IMG/VR virus record: IMGVR_UViG_3300042384_000237
Coordinates: 1 to 60,735 of that record
Length of the DNA: 60,735 nucleotides
Source of the DNA: a virus
Taxonomy: Duplodnaviria; Caudoviricetes
Reading direction: 5' to 3' (one strand)
Shown here: positions 52,070 through 60,618 of the stretch, piece by piece
Position numbering within the stretch: position 1 is the first letter of the stretch
Layout: each line of letters begins with the position of its first letter
Notes under the pieces: model-generated
Told to the model about the DNA's origin: nothing
The model's input: only the letters and a program-made list of their open reading frames with translations
Databases searched by the model: none
Program-made: the position numbers and the translations under genes

Positions 52070-52148
52070 TTGTTATTTCCTTTTGAGTACAACTCGTTAT
52101 TGAGTACAGATACAATCTATACCTATGGAATATTTAAAAATTAAATTT

Positions 52149-52167
52149 AGGGTTAATTTAACGGGTT
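52149..52167 (-). promoter_or_regulatory. Class II repeated motif upstream of scaffold/capsid
   Basis: AGGGTTAATTTAACGGGTT on +. Confidence 0.6.
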
Positions 52168-52233
52168 TAGTAAGGTTAGAAGTATAGTACCCCTTAGGAA
52201 TAGCTTTAAGATATCTCTTAGGTTTAATGATTA

Positions 52234-52315
52234 AGAGAGGGGATAAAGAGAGGGACTAACTACTAATAATTATATATTGGGGGGAGGCCGGAGGGGTTAA
52301 TTTAACGGGGTTAGA
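52234..52315. repeat. G-rich composite repeat, copy 2
   Basis: 33-bp exact block + TTGGGGGGAGGCCGGA + class II motif, as at 24269-24360. Confidence 0.85.
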
Positions 52316-52382
52316 TCAATGTCAAAGACCAGAGCTTCCAGTTTGGAGTCCAGAAGGCTCTAGCCTTAACATTGAAAATTAT

Positions 52383-52604
52383 TTAACTAACCAATATCCA
52401 ATCATCCGCTAGAAGGTCAGATATGGAAGGCACCCACGTATTAAAAGAGTTTTTAACATTCTTAATAACAAAATATGGGCATAACTCTGAAAATTCAAAA
52501 TCGTGTCCTTCAACTAATTTGATATACATGTCTCTTCCGTTCCAACCTTCTCGTGCAATCTTATGATTTGCTTTAAGCATATCTAAAGCGTGACTAAAAT
52601 TCAT
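52383..52604 (-). CDS. tad2: Tad2-like (DUF2829) nucleotide-signal sponge
   Basis: MNFSHAL..LK...IAREGWNG..MYI...WVPS.SDLLADDW signature. Confidence 0.85.
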   Translation of the reverse strand: MNFSHALDMLKANHKIAREGWNGRDMYIKLVEGHDFEFSELCPYFVIKNVKNSFNTWVPSISDLLADDWILVS

Positions 52605-52735
52605 TTGTGTTTAGCTCCACAGACTGTACATGTAAATCCTTTCTTTTGATCCGGATTCATTACACGCATTTGTTTACCGTGTAGTTTATCTTGTGCTTCA
52701 TGTTTGCATGTACAACTTTTAATTTCAGCCGACAT
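52601..52735 (-). CDS. 44-aa Cys-rich putative zinc-ribbon protein (MSAEIKSCTCKHEAQDKLHGKQMRVMNPDQKKGFTCTVCGAKHK)
   Basis: Manual translation; AAGGAG SD; ATGA overlap with tad2. Confidence 0.7.
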   Translation of the reverse strand: MSAEIKSCTCKHEAQDKLHGKQMRVMNPDQKKGFTCTVCGAKHK

Positions 52736-52979
52736 ATAATTGCTCCTTTAATAAATAACCTTCTAATTTCCAAACTTTATCAAGCGCATTTTTATAAGCC
52801 CATTCTTGACCTGTTTGTTCATTGAAGTTCGCAGGGTCTACACATGCAGATTCACCAAGCAATAAGTAACCATTTTGTAATGTCATTAAACATACAGTAG
52901 TCGTAGTTCCAGGAAATACATGATAAGTTACTGATTTAACTTTAGCTTCGATATCAGCTAATTCTAATTTATTTTTCAT
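52725..52979 (-). CDS. N4 gp49/Sf6 gp66-family protein (Acb4-like candidate sponge)
   Basis: TVC..TL.NG....GESACVDP.NF....G...A...A..K.W.LEGY.L signature. Confidence 0.8.
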   Translation of the reverse strand: MKNKLELADIEAKVKSVTYHVFPGTTTTVCLMTLQNGYLLLGESACVDPANFNEQTGQEWAYKNALDKVWKLEGYLLKEQLYVG

Positions 52980-52980
52980 T

Positions 52981-55900
52981 TTATCCAATTCCATAAAAAC
53001 CCCAATCATCTTCAAATTTAGTTGGATCAGGGATAGGTGAGAGTATATCCTTTTTAGTAAGGATATCCGATTTCTTCAATACTTTGCCACCGACAACAGA
53101 TACACCTTCTACAGGTATTAATCCTTTGTCAATAGCTTCTTCTAAGTATTTGTCATATAATTCTTGAGGTAAACCTCTATTCAACATTTCATCCAATGTT
53201 GTTTTAACAGGAGTAGCATCTAATGTGCTTGCATACAAGTTCCTAATACCATCCCGTGCTTCGAGCATATCTGCGGCGTTAGCGAAAAAGGCGTCATGAA
53301 TGGTTGATGTTGCGACATTATTTTTTCTACCCCATAAATGGAAGTTCTTGACAAGCGTAGCATCGTTTGAGTGGTTGCCATTAACAGCGAATGCCGTTCT
53401 TGCCTTGGTTGCGTCTGCAATGTCATTGATCTTACCTTCTGCATTTACTGTTTGTTCCCACCAAGTAGCTTCCGTTTTCTGAGCTATCTGTAGTACGTTA
53501 TTAACCCAATTACCATCTTTATCTTTATACGATAATCGCTCTTCAAAAGATTGGGTAAAGTTCTGTTCAATAATCTTACCATCAAAATTAACCCAAGGCA
53601 CATTAGTCCAAGACTTCGGTAGCTTGTTAGCTGTGAATACTTCAAAACCCTTCGATATAACTAATTTCTCAATCGGCTCAATCTTTAAAACCTTAAAGCC
53701 TGTACGTCTATCATCGGGCGCCTTGACACCATAAATAAGATCGGCTAAATTCCCATCAGGTTTCCAACCATCAAATCTACGTAAGAACTTTTCAGATACA
53801 GCTTCACCAGCTTTTATACCTAAGATTTCACTAACTCTATCTGGTAACGTATAACCCTTGCCACGAGTGCCTAAGACACCTGTTTTAATGACACTAACCC
53901 AATCTAATTTAGATTGTGAAGGTTTAGCATTCTTAAGAAAATCTTCTGCCAATCTGCCAAAGAACTTTGTAAAGTCTTTTAAAATAGGAACTTGTTCACC
54001 TAAGTGTTCAGACATAAGTTTAGCTATAGCTTGGAAATCGGCTGGAGTAACAACTCTATCATATTGATGTGACATCTTCTCGACTAAGTCTTTTGTCTTG
54101 GGATCTAAGAAGTATAATGCTTCCATTATATCATCACCCGGGTCTTGACCTTTGTTGAATACATCACGAACATTTTGTCTAAGTTGCTTCAGTTCTTCAG
54201 CTGTTTCAGGATCAAACTTTTCATATCTTGCTGCTCTAGCTGAGATCTCACTTAACACAGTATCGCGATCACTTGCCTTAACAACTAATGTGTTACCTTG
54301 CTTCTCCAAGATCTTAGCAAGTTTACCTTCTACATTCAAGATTCCGGTTCTTTCGCCAGCTCCGTAGAACGTTACCATGTTCTGAGCTTTAGCGGCTTTA
54401 CGTAAGTCTTTCTCATTTAAACCTAATTTTTCGTTAAGCACTTTAAACCGAGGATCATTATATGTAGAGGCTGCAATCTCATCGTATAGCCTACGTTTCT
54501 GACTTGTTGGCACTACATTCGAGAGTTCTGCTAATTGTTTATTCTTTGTTGTAAGGGCAATGATCTGAGCACCAGAAGACGAAGCATCTTGCTCTAAAGC
54601 TAAAGCTGTCTTATAGTTATCCATTGTTCCGCCAGCCTTCAAGTGATTATCAATCTTAGCGGCTTCCATAGCAAATCTCATAAATTTGCCTAGCTCTTCG
54701 CCTTCGACTAATTGCACTGTCTCGGATTCTAATATTGCACGGATGTCATTAGGCTTTCCACGTAACATTTTATTACCAAGATCTACTAGATCAGGCCAAA
54801 GCTTATCGGCAATTTTCTGTCTACCTGTGAATGATAATGAGTTATATCTACCTTCAAATGTATCATTTAGACCGCCCATAAAGGCACCTATCTGATCTCT
54901 GAAGTTATTATAACCCGCTACTCCAAGTACTTTGGATAGCTCAGTATTAAGGAAGGGTCGAAAAGACTCACCGCTCTGAGGACTGATAAGCCCACGATCA
55001 TAAATACGGGCACGGTGGTCAACAAAAGCGTGATTGCTAAAACTAGAGCCCTTTGATCGGAGCCAGGCCATCGATTTGAATCTCTCATAAGCATCTCCTC
55101 TCGAAGAAATATAATGTTTGTATTCGTTAAGTTCATTATATTTTTTGGCGTTTCCCCTGTCATCTTCAAAGTATAAAAGCTTTTGAGTGAAGTCATAAAA
55201 ATCATCATCTATTTTATATTTAGATTTAGAGGCCCAGTTTAAAGCATCGGCAAGGTTCTTATCAACCAGAGCTTCAGGAAAATCACCGAAACTATTAGTT
55301 GATGTAATAGGCATACGTGTATCTTCTAAACCAAAGATACCATTATCAATAAAATACGTCTTGTAACCTTCGCGGAATACTAACTTATTCTTATCCGTTG
55401 TAACACCGACACGTAGGCCGACATCCACTTTCCTTGTGAGCTGTGCGTATTCTTGTACACGAGGATCAGTAACACGTATATTATATGATAAGGTATCATA
55501 ATAGGGGCCAAAGAGTTGATTACTCAAACGGCTTTTCATACGTCTTTTTTGAACACCAAATGTTTCTACTTCAAAGAATTTACTTACATTCTTTGCTTCT
55601 AATAGTTTCATCCCTGTACTATACCACTCTCTGCGACTGCCGTTAAGGTTAGCAAGATTATGTAAGTCTCTGCCCAACGCAACTGCAAATTGATCTCTAT
55701 CTGGCATATCCGCCATACTAAGTCTGTTAGCAAATTTCAAATAAAATTGCTGTAAGCTGGATTCACTAATACGTGGTTGTCCATTAGGTAATCTTTTTAA
55801 TTTAAGAGGAATCTTATAATCAAATGTATTACGAAGTTCTCTAGCAATCTTAGGGGCTGTCTGATCTTCCCATCTATTCTTAGCTCGTATATTGTCTAAG

Positions 55901-57618
55901 AAGTTATCGTGAAGATCTTGTAGCTGTGTAGGCCCAAGTACAGGATCGATATAATTGTCTTGTTTCAACTTCTTTAAAACATCAGTATCTCGTCTGATCT
56001 GTGTCTCAATAGAATCCGATACGTTCATTACATCAAATTTAATTTGACCTTGTACAACACCTTTAAAGTTACCCCATTGCTCGCCATTCCTTCTAAACCT
56101 AGAGAAGATAATTCTTAAGTTATCCGCAACTACGGCACGTTCATTAGCACCCATCTTCTCATCCAAACTACCAATAAACTCCTCAATATAAATTTTATCC
56201 TTCGGTTTCAAATCCGCACTTTCTCTTACGAGTTTAAGGTTATTATTGAGTACTGATATGTTTGGCTGATAAAGACGGGTATCTTCGTAACGCCCTGTTA
56301 CAGGGTTAAAAACTGTTTGTTCTTCTGTTGGCAATTTAGTCAAGACTCTATTCTTAGTAGCTTTCTTATTGTGTAATAAAGTTCCACGATAATTAGTTAG
56401 ACTTAATGTTCCGTCTAACTCTCCTGCTTGTAGCAAATAGTAATCACGAAGTGTATTCGTTAATTTATTGTCGTTGAGAAAGTCTTCAGGCTTTGTAGCC
56501 GTCAATTGCATAGCGTCTAGTTTGGCTTTCGCATTAGCAAACTTTTGTGTGTCATTAGGTAATGTATACGTTGAGTCAGTCATCTTACGAAGTTCATTAA
56601 TACCTATGGTATTACCTTCTGCATTAGTAAATTTATCTAATGTGACTTGTTGTGTATCGAATATCTGTACTTTCTTATAATCACCTAGATGTCTTAATTT
56701 AACATCTTGCGGTTGTCGCAGCAACCAATCATTATATGATTCTTTCAGCGGGGTGTTACCATCATAGAAAGCTTTTTGATCTTTAGTTAGACCGTCTAGA
56801 TTCCTTCTACGTATTTGTGCAACACCTTCCATCTTGGACATGTCATCCCATGATTTAAAAACAGGGACTGTCGTTGATCGACAATGCCAATGCGCAGGTG
56901 GTAAATGTTCTGTGTCTGTCATCGGATAAAGATGACCATCTCGATGAGCACATAAGCTAGAAGTCCTAGCATCCAAGACAGCTACATACTGCCAACCTTG
57001 TAATGCTTTCTCATTTGCTTGGTAAACTGCATGATCCGCTTGAGCTGTAACAGAGGTAATAGCTGTTATCACAAGTGCTTTTGATTGCATTCTTGTAATA
57101 TCATGTACGTTACCCTTTCTAACTTCTAAGGCTATCTCATCAGAGGATTTACCAGCTGCTATTCCTTTTCGTATAAGAGCTTCTAATCTAATTCTTTCAT
57201 TCTTTGCAATACCACTCCACCCTTGTTCCATTGTTTGATTAGTATGGATAGGGTTTTTCAGCGCAATTTCCTCAGAGACAACATTTTTAGGTCTCTCAGT
57301 ACGCCATATCTTACCCATTGCTGTTTCAACATTCTGGTAAGCGTATGATATCTGATCGGCCGTTAGTGATAGCAAATCCTTTTTAACCGAATTGTTTATA
57401 CTCTTATAAGTGGTTCTTAATTCTTTGTCCACTGCATTTCTTAATCTATCAAACCCTTGTGGAGACAATGCAGCATCTCTCACAAGCTTATCTATATTAA
57501 CTACATGACCGTCAATAATTAAATCAACCTTGCCCGATACCCTTCTTTCATAAAGCCGAATCATTGCTGCACGATCAATTATCTTGTCATATATTTGTGT
57601 ATTACTATTGACGGTCAT
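52981..57618 (-). CDS. MuF/SPP1 gp7-like head protein fused to a T7-like RNA polymerase (putative virion RNAP)
   Basis: N-term WQYVAVLDART..C...DG...PPAHWHCRS; C-term DHRARIY, EQDASSSGAQ, RKAAKAQNMVTFYG, NHSNDA, TIHDAF. Confidence 0.92.
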   Translation of the reverse strand: MTVNSNTQIYDKIIDRAAMIRLYERRVSGKVDLIIDGHVVNIDKLVRDAALSPQGFDRLRNAVDKELRTTYKSINNSVKKDLLSLTADQISYAYQNVETAMGKIWRTERPKNVVSEEIALKNPIHTNQTMEQGWSGIAKNERIRLEALIRKGIAAGKSSDEIALEVRKGNVHDITRMQSKALVITAITSVTAQADHAVYQANEKALQGWQYVAVLDARTSSLCAHRDGHLYPMTDTEHLPPAHWHCRSTTVPVFKSWDDMSKMEGVAQIRRRNLDGLTKDQKAFYDGNTPLKESYNDWLLRQPQDVKLRHLGDYKKVQIFDTQQVTLDKFTNAEGNTIGINELRKMTDSTYTLPNDTQKFANAKAKLDAMQLTATKPEDFLNDNKLTNTLRDYYLLQAGELDGTLSLTNYRGTLLHNKKATKNRVLTKLPTEEQTVFNPVTGRYEDTRLYQPNISVLNNNLKLVRESADLKPKDKIYIEEFIGSLDEKMGANERAVVADNLRIIFSRFRRNGEQWGNFKGVVQGQIKFDVMNVSDSIETQIRRDTDVLKKLKQDNYIDPVLGPTQLQDLHDNFLDNIRAKNRWEDQTAPKIARELRNTFDYKIPLKLKRLPNGQPRISESSLQQFYLKFANRLSMADMPDRDQFAVALGRDLHNLANLNGSRREWYSTGMKLLEAKNVSKFFEVETFGVQKRRMKSRLSNQLFGPYYDTLSYNIRVTDPRVQEYAQLTRKVDVGLRVGVTTDKNKLVFREGYKTYFIDNGIFGLEDTRMPITSTNSFGDFPEALVDKNLADALNWASKSKYKIDDDFYDFTQKLLYFEDDRGNAKKYNELNEYKHYISSRGDAYERFKSMAWLRSKGSSFSNHAFVDHRARIYDRGLISPQSGESFRPFLNTELSKVLGVAGYNNFRDQIGAFMGGLNDTFEGRYNSLSFTGRQKIADKLWPDLVDLGNKMLRGKPNDIRAILESETVQLVEGEELGKFMRFAMEAAKIDNHLKAGGTMDNYKTALALEQDASSSGAQIIALTTKNKQLAELSNVVPTSQKRRLYDEIAASTYNDPRFKVLNEKLGLNEKDLRKAAKAQNMVTFYGAGERTGILNVEGKLAKILEKQGNTLVVKASDRDTVLSEISARAARYEKFDPETAEELKQLRQNVRDVFNKGQDPGDDIMEALYFLDPKTKDLVEKMSHQYDRVVTPADFQAIAKLMSEHLGEQVPILKDFTKFFGRLAEDFLKNAKPSQSKLDWVSVIKTGVLGTRGKGYTLPDRVSEILGIKAGEAVSEKFLRRFDGWKPDGNLADLIYGVKAPDDRRTGFKVLKIEPIEKLVISKGFEVFTANKLPKSWTNVPWVNFDGKIIEQNFTQSFEERLSYKDKDGNWVNNVLQIAQKTEATWWEQTVNAEGKINDIADATKARTAFAVNGNHSNDATLVKNFHLWGRKNNVATSTIHDAFFANAADMLEARDGIRNLYASTLDATPVKTTLDEMLNRGLPQELYDKYLEEAIDKGLIPVEGVSVVGGKVLKKSDILTKKDILSPIPDPTKFEDDWGFYGIG

Positions 57619-57628
57619 TTGTTATCCT

Positions 57629-58141
57629 TTATTTTTTGTATTTACTTTTACCACTACCAATTGCTCTCGCACCCAATCGTGATGCACCGTAGTTCACAGC
57701 CGCGCCCAAAGCCGCGCCCGCCGCAATGCCTGCCGCACCACCAAAAATGGCACCCCGTGTGCCGCCATAGACCGCGCCGAGCAGTGCGCTATGGGCAGCC
57801 GTGCCTGAGGCTACCGTGCCAAGAGCCCCTGCTACGCCACCAACTACAGCGGACGCTTTTCTGGCTCTGGCAATTACTTTTTCGCCACCAGCTTGGTTTG
57901 CTGTTCCAAATGAAGTATTGGCTTTATTACCGGCAATGGCACCTGCGGCTAGTGAGCCTACCGGCCCAAAGAGAGCACCAATAGTCCCAACCTTAGCGCC
58001 GCCTGTGCTGAATGGACCCGTTATCTTAACAGGAGTAGCTTTATGCGCCTGAGCTAACGCCTTACCACCACCTATGGCGTGATGCGAGCCTTTGGCATTC
58101 TGATTACCTTTCAGAGAAACACTTAATTTAGTATTTTTCAT
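57629..58141 (-). CDS. Gly/Ala-rich basic protein with glycine-zipper-like hydrophobic segments
   Basis: GxxxG runs, nearly no acidic residues, higher GC than neighbours. Confidence 0.6.
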   Translation of the reverse strand: MKNTKLSVSLKGNQNAKGSHHAIGGGKALAQAHKATPVKITGPFSTGGAKVGTIGALFGPVGSLAAGAIAGNKANTSFGTANQAGGEKVIARARKASAVVGGVAGALGTVASGTAAHSALLGAVYGGTRGAIFGGAAGIAAGAALGAAVNYGASRLGARAIGSGKSKYKK

Positions 58142-59753
58142 TTTGTTTTACCTGTAGTGGAAGGGGTGTTGACGATGCTGCACCAGCGGCAGCTGCCTTG
58201 TCTACCTGCATAGCATAATTATCATTATACTGTGTAGCTGCAGGGACTACTAAATTGTCTTGATTAATCTCTTTCTGAGCTTCTTCGTCATCATATTCTG
58301 GATCTAAGATATCATTACCTTTAAGCATTTGTAACCAAACAGATCTAGGGATTAAACCGCCTTGATACCATGTAGTGATTAGCGTTAACCAATCGGCACC
58401 TAATGGAACTGGGTCAAAATCTGCTGATAATTCAAAATGAATATCACACGCTTCAAAAGCTGTATTGTACCGCCAGTTGAGCATTAAACAAATAATCTGT
58501 TTCATTGTATTAGAGATCTTAGTGCTTAGAACGGCCAACTGTGCCGTCTGTGAAGCATTTCTAATTTCCAAAGCAATACCAGACTGCTCGTTCTCTGTAG
58601 TTAACATTCTGATACCAAGCTTTGCCATCTCATCGATTGTAGATTCAATAGCTCTTTGCATATCTTGTAAAGCTGCTGTGGGCGTTTCTAAGACGGCTGC
58701 TGTATCGCCTTGTCTCAAACGTAACCAAGAACCTAAGCCTGAAGATACAATATCATCAAAGTCTTCATCTCCCATATCAGACATAATAACAGGTGTATAG
58801 GTAGATGCCCCGTATAGCAAGTGATTACGTCTACTAATTTTATTATAGAGACTAACTTCTTTATCTACGATAGGCATTAATACAGGTGTTAACGGAACGA
58901 TGTTACCGTTCAAAGGCCATGCTGGAATATGTGTTAATTTTTCACCATTAGCATAAATACTGTCTAGTGTGTCTACAAGAATAAAAGCACCGGAAGGTAG
59001 TAATTGATTATTCTTATTACCTGCTTCTCCTACACGTAATGTTTGATCACCGTCATCTTGAATAGAGCCTTGATAGATACGGATGCGATATTCACCATTC
59101 TCATCCAGCTCATGCACCCAAACTGTAGGGACACGTCTCGCATGGAATTCATTAATAGTGTAATCGTCGGCAAAGCCTTTAATGATTACTCTTTGTAAAA
59201 TTGTCTTTCCAAACATATCTGTGGAAGTGGACCAGTTAATAACTGTCTCTGCTTTTTGTAAGATAGGGTAAGGTTTAATTTTATCTTTAGTTTCTTTATC
59301 TAAAGCATCAGCATTGGGTACGTTAGGGTAATCTACAAATACCCAAGCTCTTGATGTTTGGATCTCTTCCCAGATAATTTCATCTAAAAATGATATAAGT
59401 GTACAGTCGTCACGACCGATATTATTTATTAGCCAGTCTTTGGCATCTTCGGGAGCACCATCAGGCAATGTAAGAGTAGGTGGCTTTCTTAATAACCCGC
59501 CTACAATCATTTTAGCAAATTGAGAAGTGATGCCCGGTAATTCAGCTTCTGCTCTATAAAAGTCGTATTGGCCCGAAGACATTGAAGGAGAGAAGGGGAT
59601 TAATAAATTTGACAGTCTTACCAAATCAATATGGGCATCTAGCTCCTTTACTGCACGTTCCCCATTACAAACAGCTCGGCTTTTGGCCCATGAGGGTGCT
59701 AAATACATATACGCTTGACAAGGGTCTGCGACTGTTTTAATGGTTCCTGTCAT
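58128..59753 (-). CDS. Portal protein
   Basis: Y..RA....T......GL..KPP, WVFVDYP, E.VINW pattern (DUF4055-like); position. Confidence 0.85.
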   Translation of the reverse strand: MTGTIKTVADPCQAYMYLAPSWAKSRAVCNGERAVKELDAHIDLVRLSNLLIPFSPSMSSGQYDFYRAEAELPGITSQFAKMIVGGLLRKPPTLTLPDGAPEDAKDWLINNIGRDDCTLISFLDEIIWEEIQTSRAWVFVDYPNVPNADALDKETKDKIKPYPILQKAETVINWSTSTDMFGKTILQRVIIKGFADDYTINEFHARRVPTVWVHELDENGEYRIRIYQGSIQDDGDQTLRVGEAGNKNNQLLPSGAFILVDTLDSIYANGEKLTHIPAWPLNGNIVPLTPVLMPIVDKEVSLYNKISRRNHLLYGASTYTPVIMSDMGDEDFDDIVSSGLGSWLRLRQGDTAAVLETPTAALQDMQRAIESTIDEMAKLGIRMLTTENEQSGIALEIRNASQTAQLAVLSTKISNTMKQIICLMLNWRYNTAFEACDIHFELSADFDPVPLGADWLTLITTWYQGGLIPRSVWLQMLKGNDILDPEYDDEEAQKEINQDNLVVPAATQYNDNYAMQVDKAAAAGAASSTPLPLQVKQNEKY

Positions 59754-59754
59754 T

Positions 59755-59955
59755 TTAATCTCTCATTGCAATATTGAATTCTTCAATAGAGCCTTCAAAT
59801 ACTTGGCCATCAATTCTATTGACTGCACGAATACTCTCATCTTCTTGTTCGATGATATTCCAGTTAGACTGAGTCTTATCATTTAATACAGCAATCTTAA
59901 TTGCAGGTACAGATTTTGGTGTTTCTACTTTTGGTGTTTCTAATACGTCAGCCAT
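59755..59955 (-). CDS. Hypothetical protein
   Basis: ORF track. Confidence 0.55.
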   Translation of the reverse strand: MADVLETPKVETPKSVPAIKIAVLNDKTQSNWNIIEQEDESIRAVNRIDGQVFEGSIEEFNIAMRD

Positions 59956-59956
59956 T

Positions 59957-60409
59957 TTATTTTCCTAAAAACATATTCATTTCAGCGGTACGGCGATTGG
60001 TTAAACCTTTAACCACCTTACCATTATCTTTATTCCATCTAAGGAATTGTGCGGCTACTTCTTTCTTATCTTTCTTACCATTTAATAATTTCAGCAATGT
60101 GGAGGTTTTAAAACCACCTACACCAATATTATATACAAAAGAAACAAGGGCGTCATACTCATACTGAGTCAGTGGTACTTTAACTGTAGCATTAACTGCC
60201 AATTCAAATTTAGGCAATGTACCTTTTATAAATAATTCTAATGCGCGATCTTTACTAATCTCGCAATCTTTCATGGTAACTCTTTTACCATCTTCATATT
60301 GAATACAACCAATACCGATTGTTGCTACACCGCCACCATCTAAATAAGGCTTTAACTTTAAGCCTTCACTAGTTTCAATAAACAATACACCCTTAGGGCT
60401 GATATCCAT
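59957..60409 (-). CDS. Lysozyme (GH24) endolysin
   Basis: EGL...Y.D..GV.TIG.G, YDALVSF.YN.G, W....G....GL..RR.AE. Confidence 0.95.
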   Translation of the reverse strand: MDISPKGVLFIETSEGLKLKPYLDGGGVATIGIGCIQYEDGKRVTMKDCEISKDRALELFIKGTLPKFELAVNATVKVPLTQYEYDALVSFVYNIGVGGFKTSTLLKLLNGKKDKKEVAAQFLRWNKDNGKVVKGLTNRRTAEMNMFLGK

Positions 60410-60422
60410 AAAGTCTCCAAGT

Positions 60423-60446
60423 TAGGCCCCCGATTAAGAGGGCCTA
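60423..60446 (-). other. 9-bp hairpin upstream of the endolysin RBS
   Basis: TAGGCCCTC/GGGGGCCTA on the - strand, no U-tract. Confidence 0.5.
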
Positions 60447-60450
60447 TAAA

Positions 60451-60618
60451 TTAGACTGCTGTGATAGCTGCAACAGCAACACCAACAGCAATTTCTTTTG
60501 CTACATCTTGTACATCAGGATTGCTCACAACTTCTTCCACAACATGTGCGGCATCGTGAACACCATGATCAATAGCTTTACCTGCGTCTTTAAACGCTTT
60601 TTCTAAAGCATTCTTCAT
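60451..60618 (-). CDS. 55-aa protein with hydrophobic C-terminus (MKNALEKAFKDAG...)
   Basis: Manual translation; ATGA overlap. Confidence 0.55.
   Translation of the reverse strand: MKNALEKAFKDAGKAIDHGVHDAAHVVEEVVSNPDVQDVAKEIAVGVAVAAITAV

Noticed and set aside
52140-52180. TTAGGG-like telomeric repeats
   Set aside because: Isolated occurrences that belong to the class II motif; not tandem
52725-52979. Assignment as Acb2
   Set aside because: Lacks the helical Acb2 pattern; matches the gp49/gp66 GESACVDP signature instead
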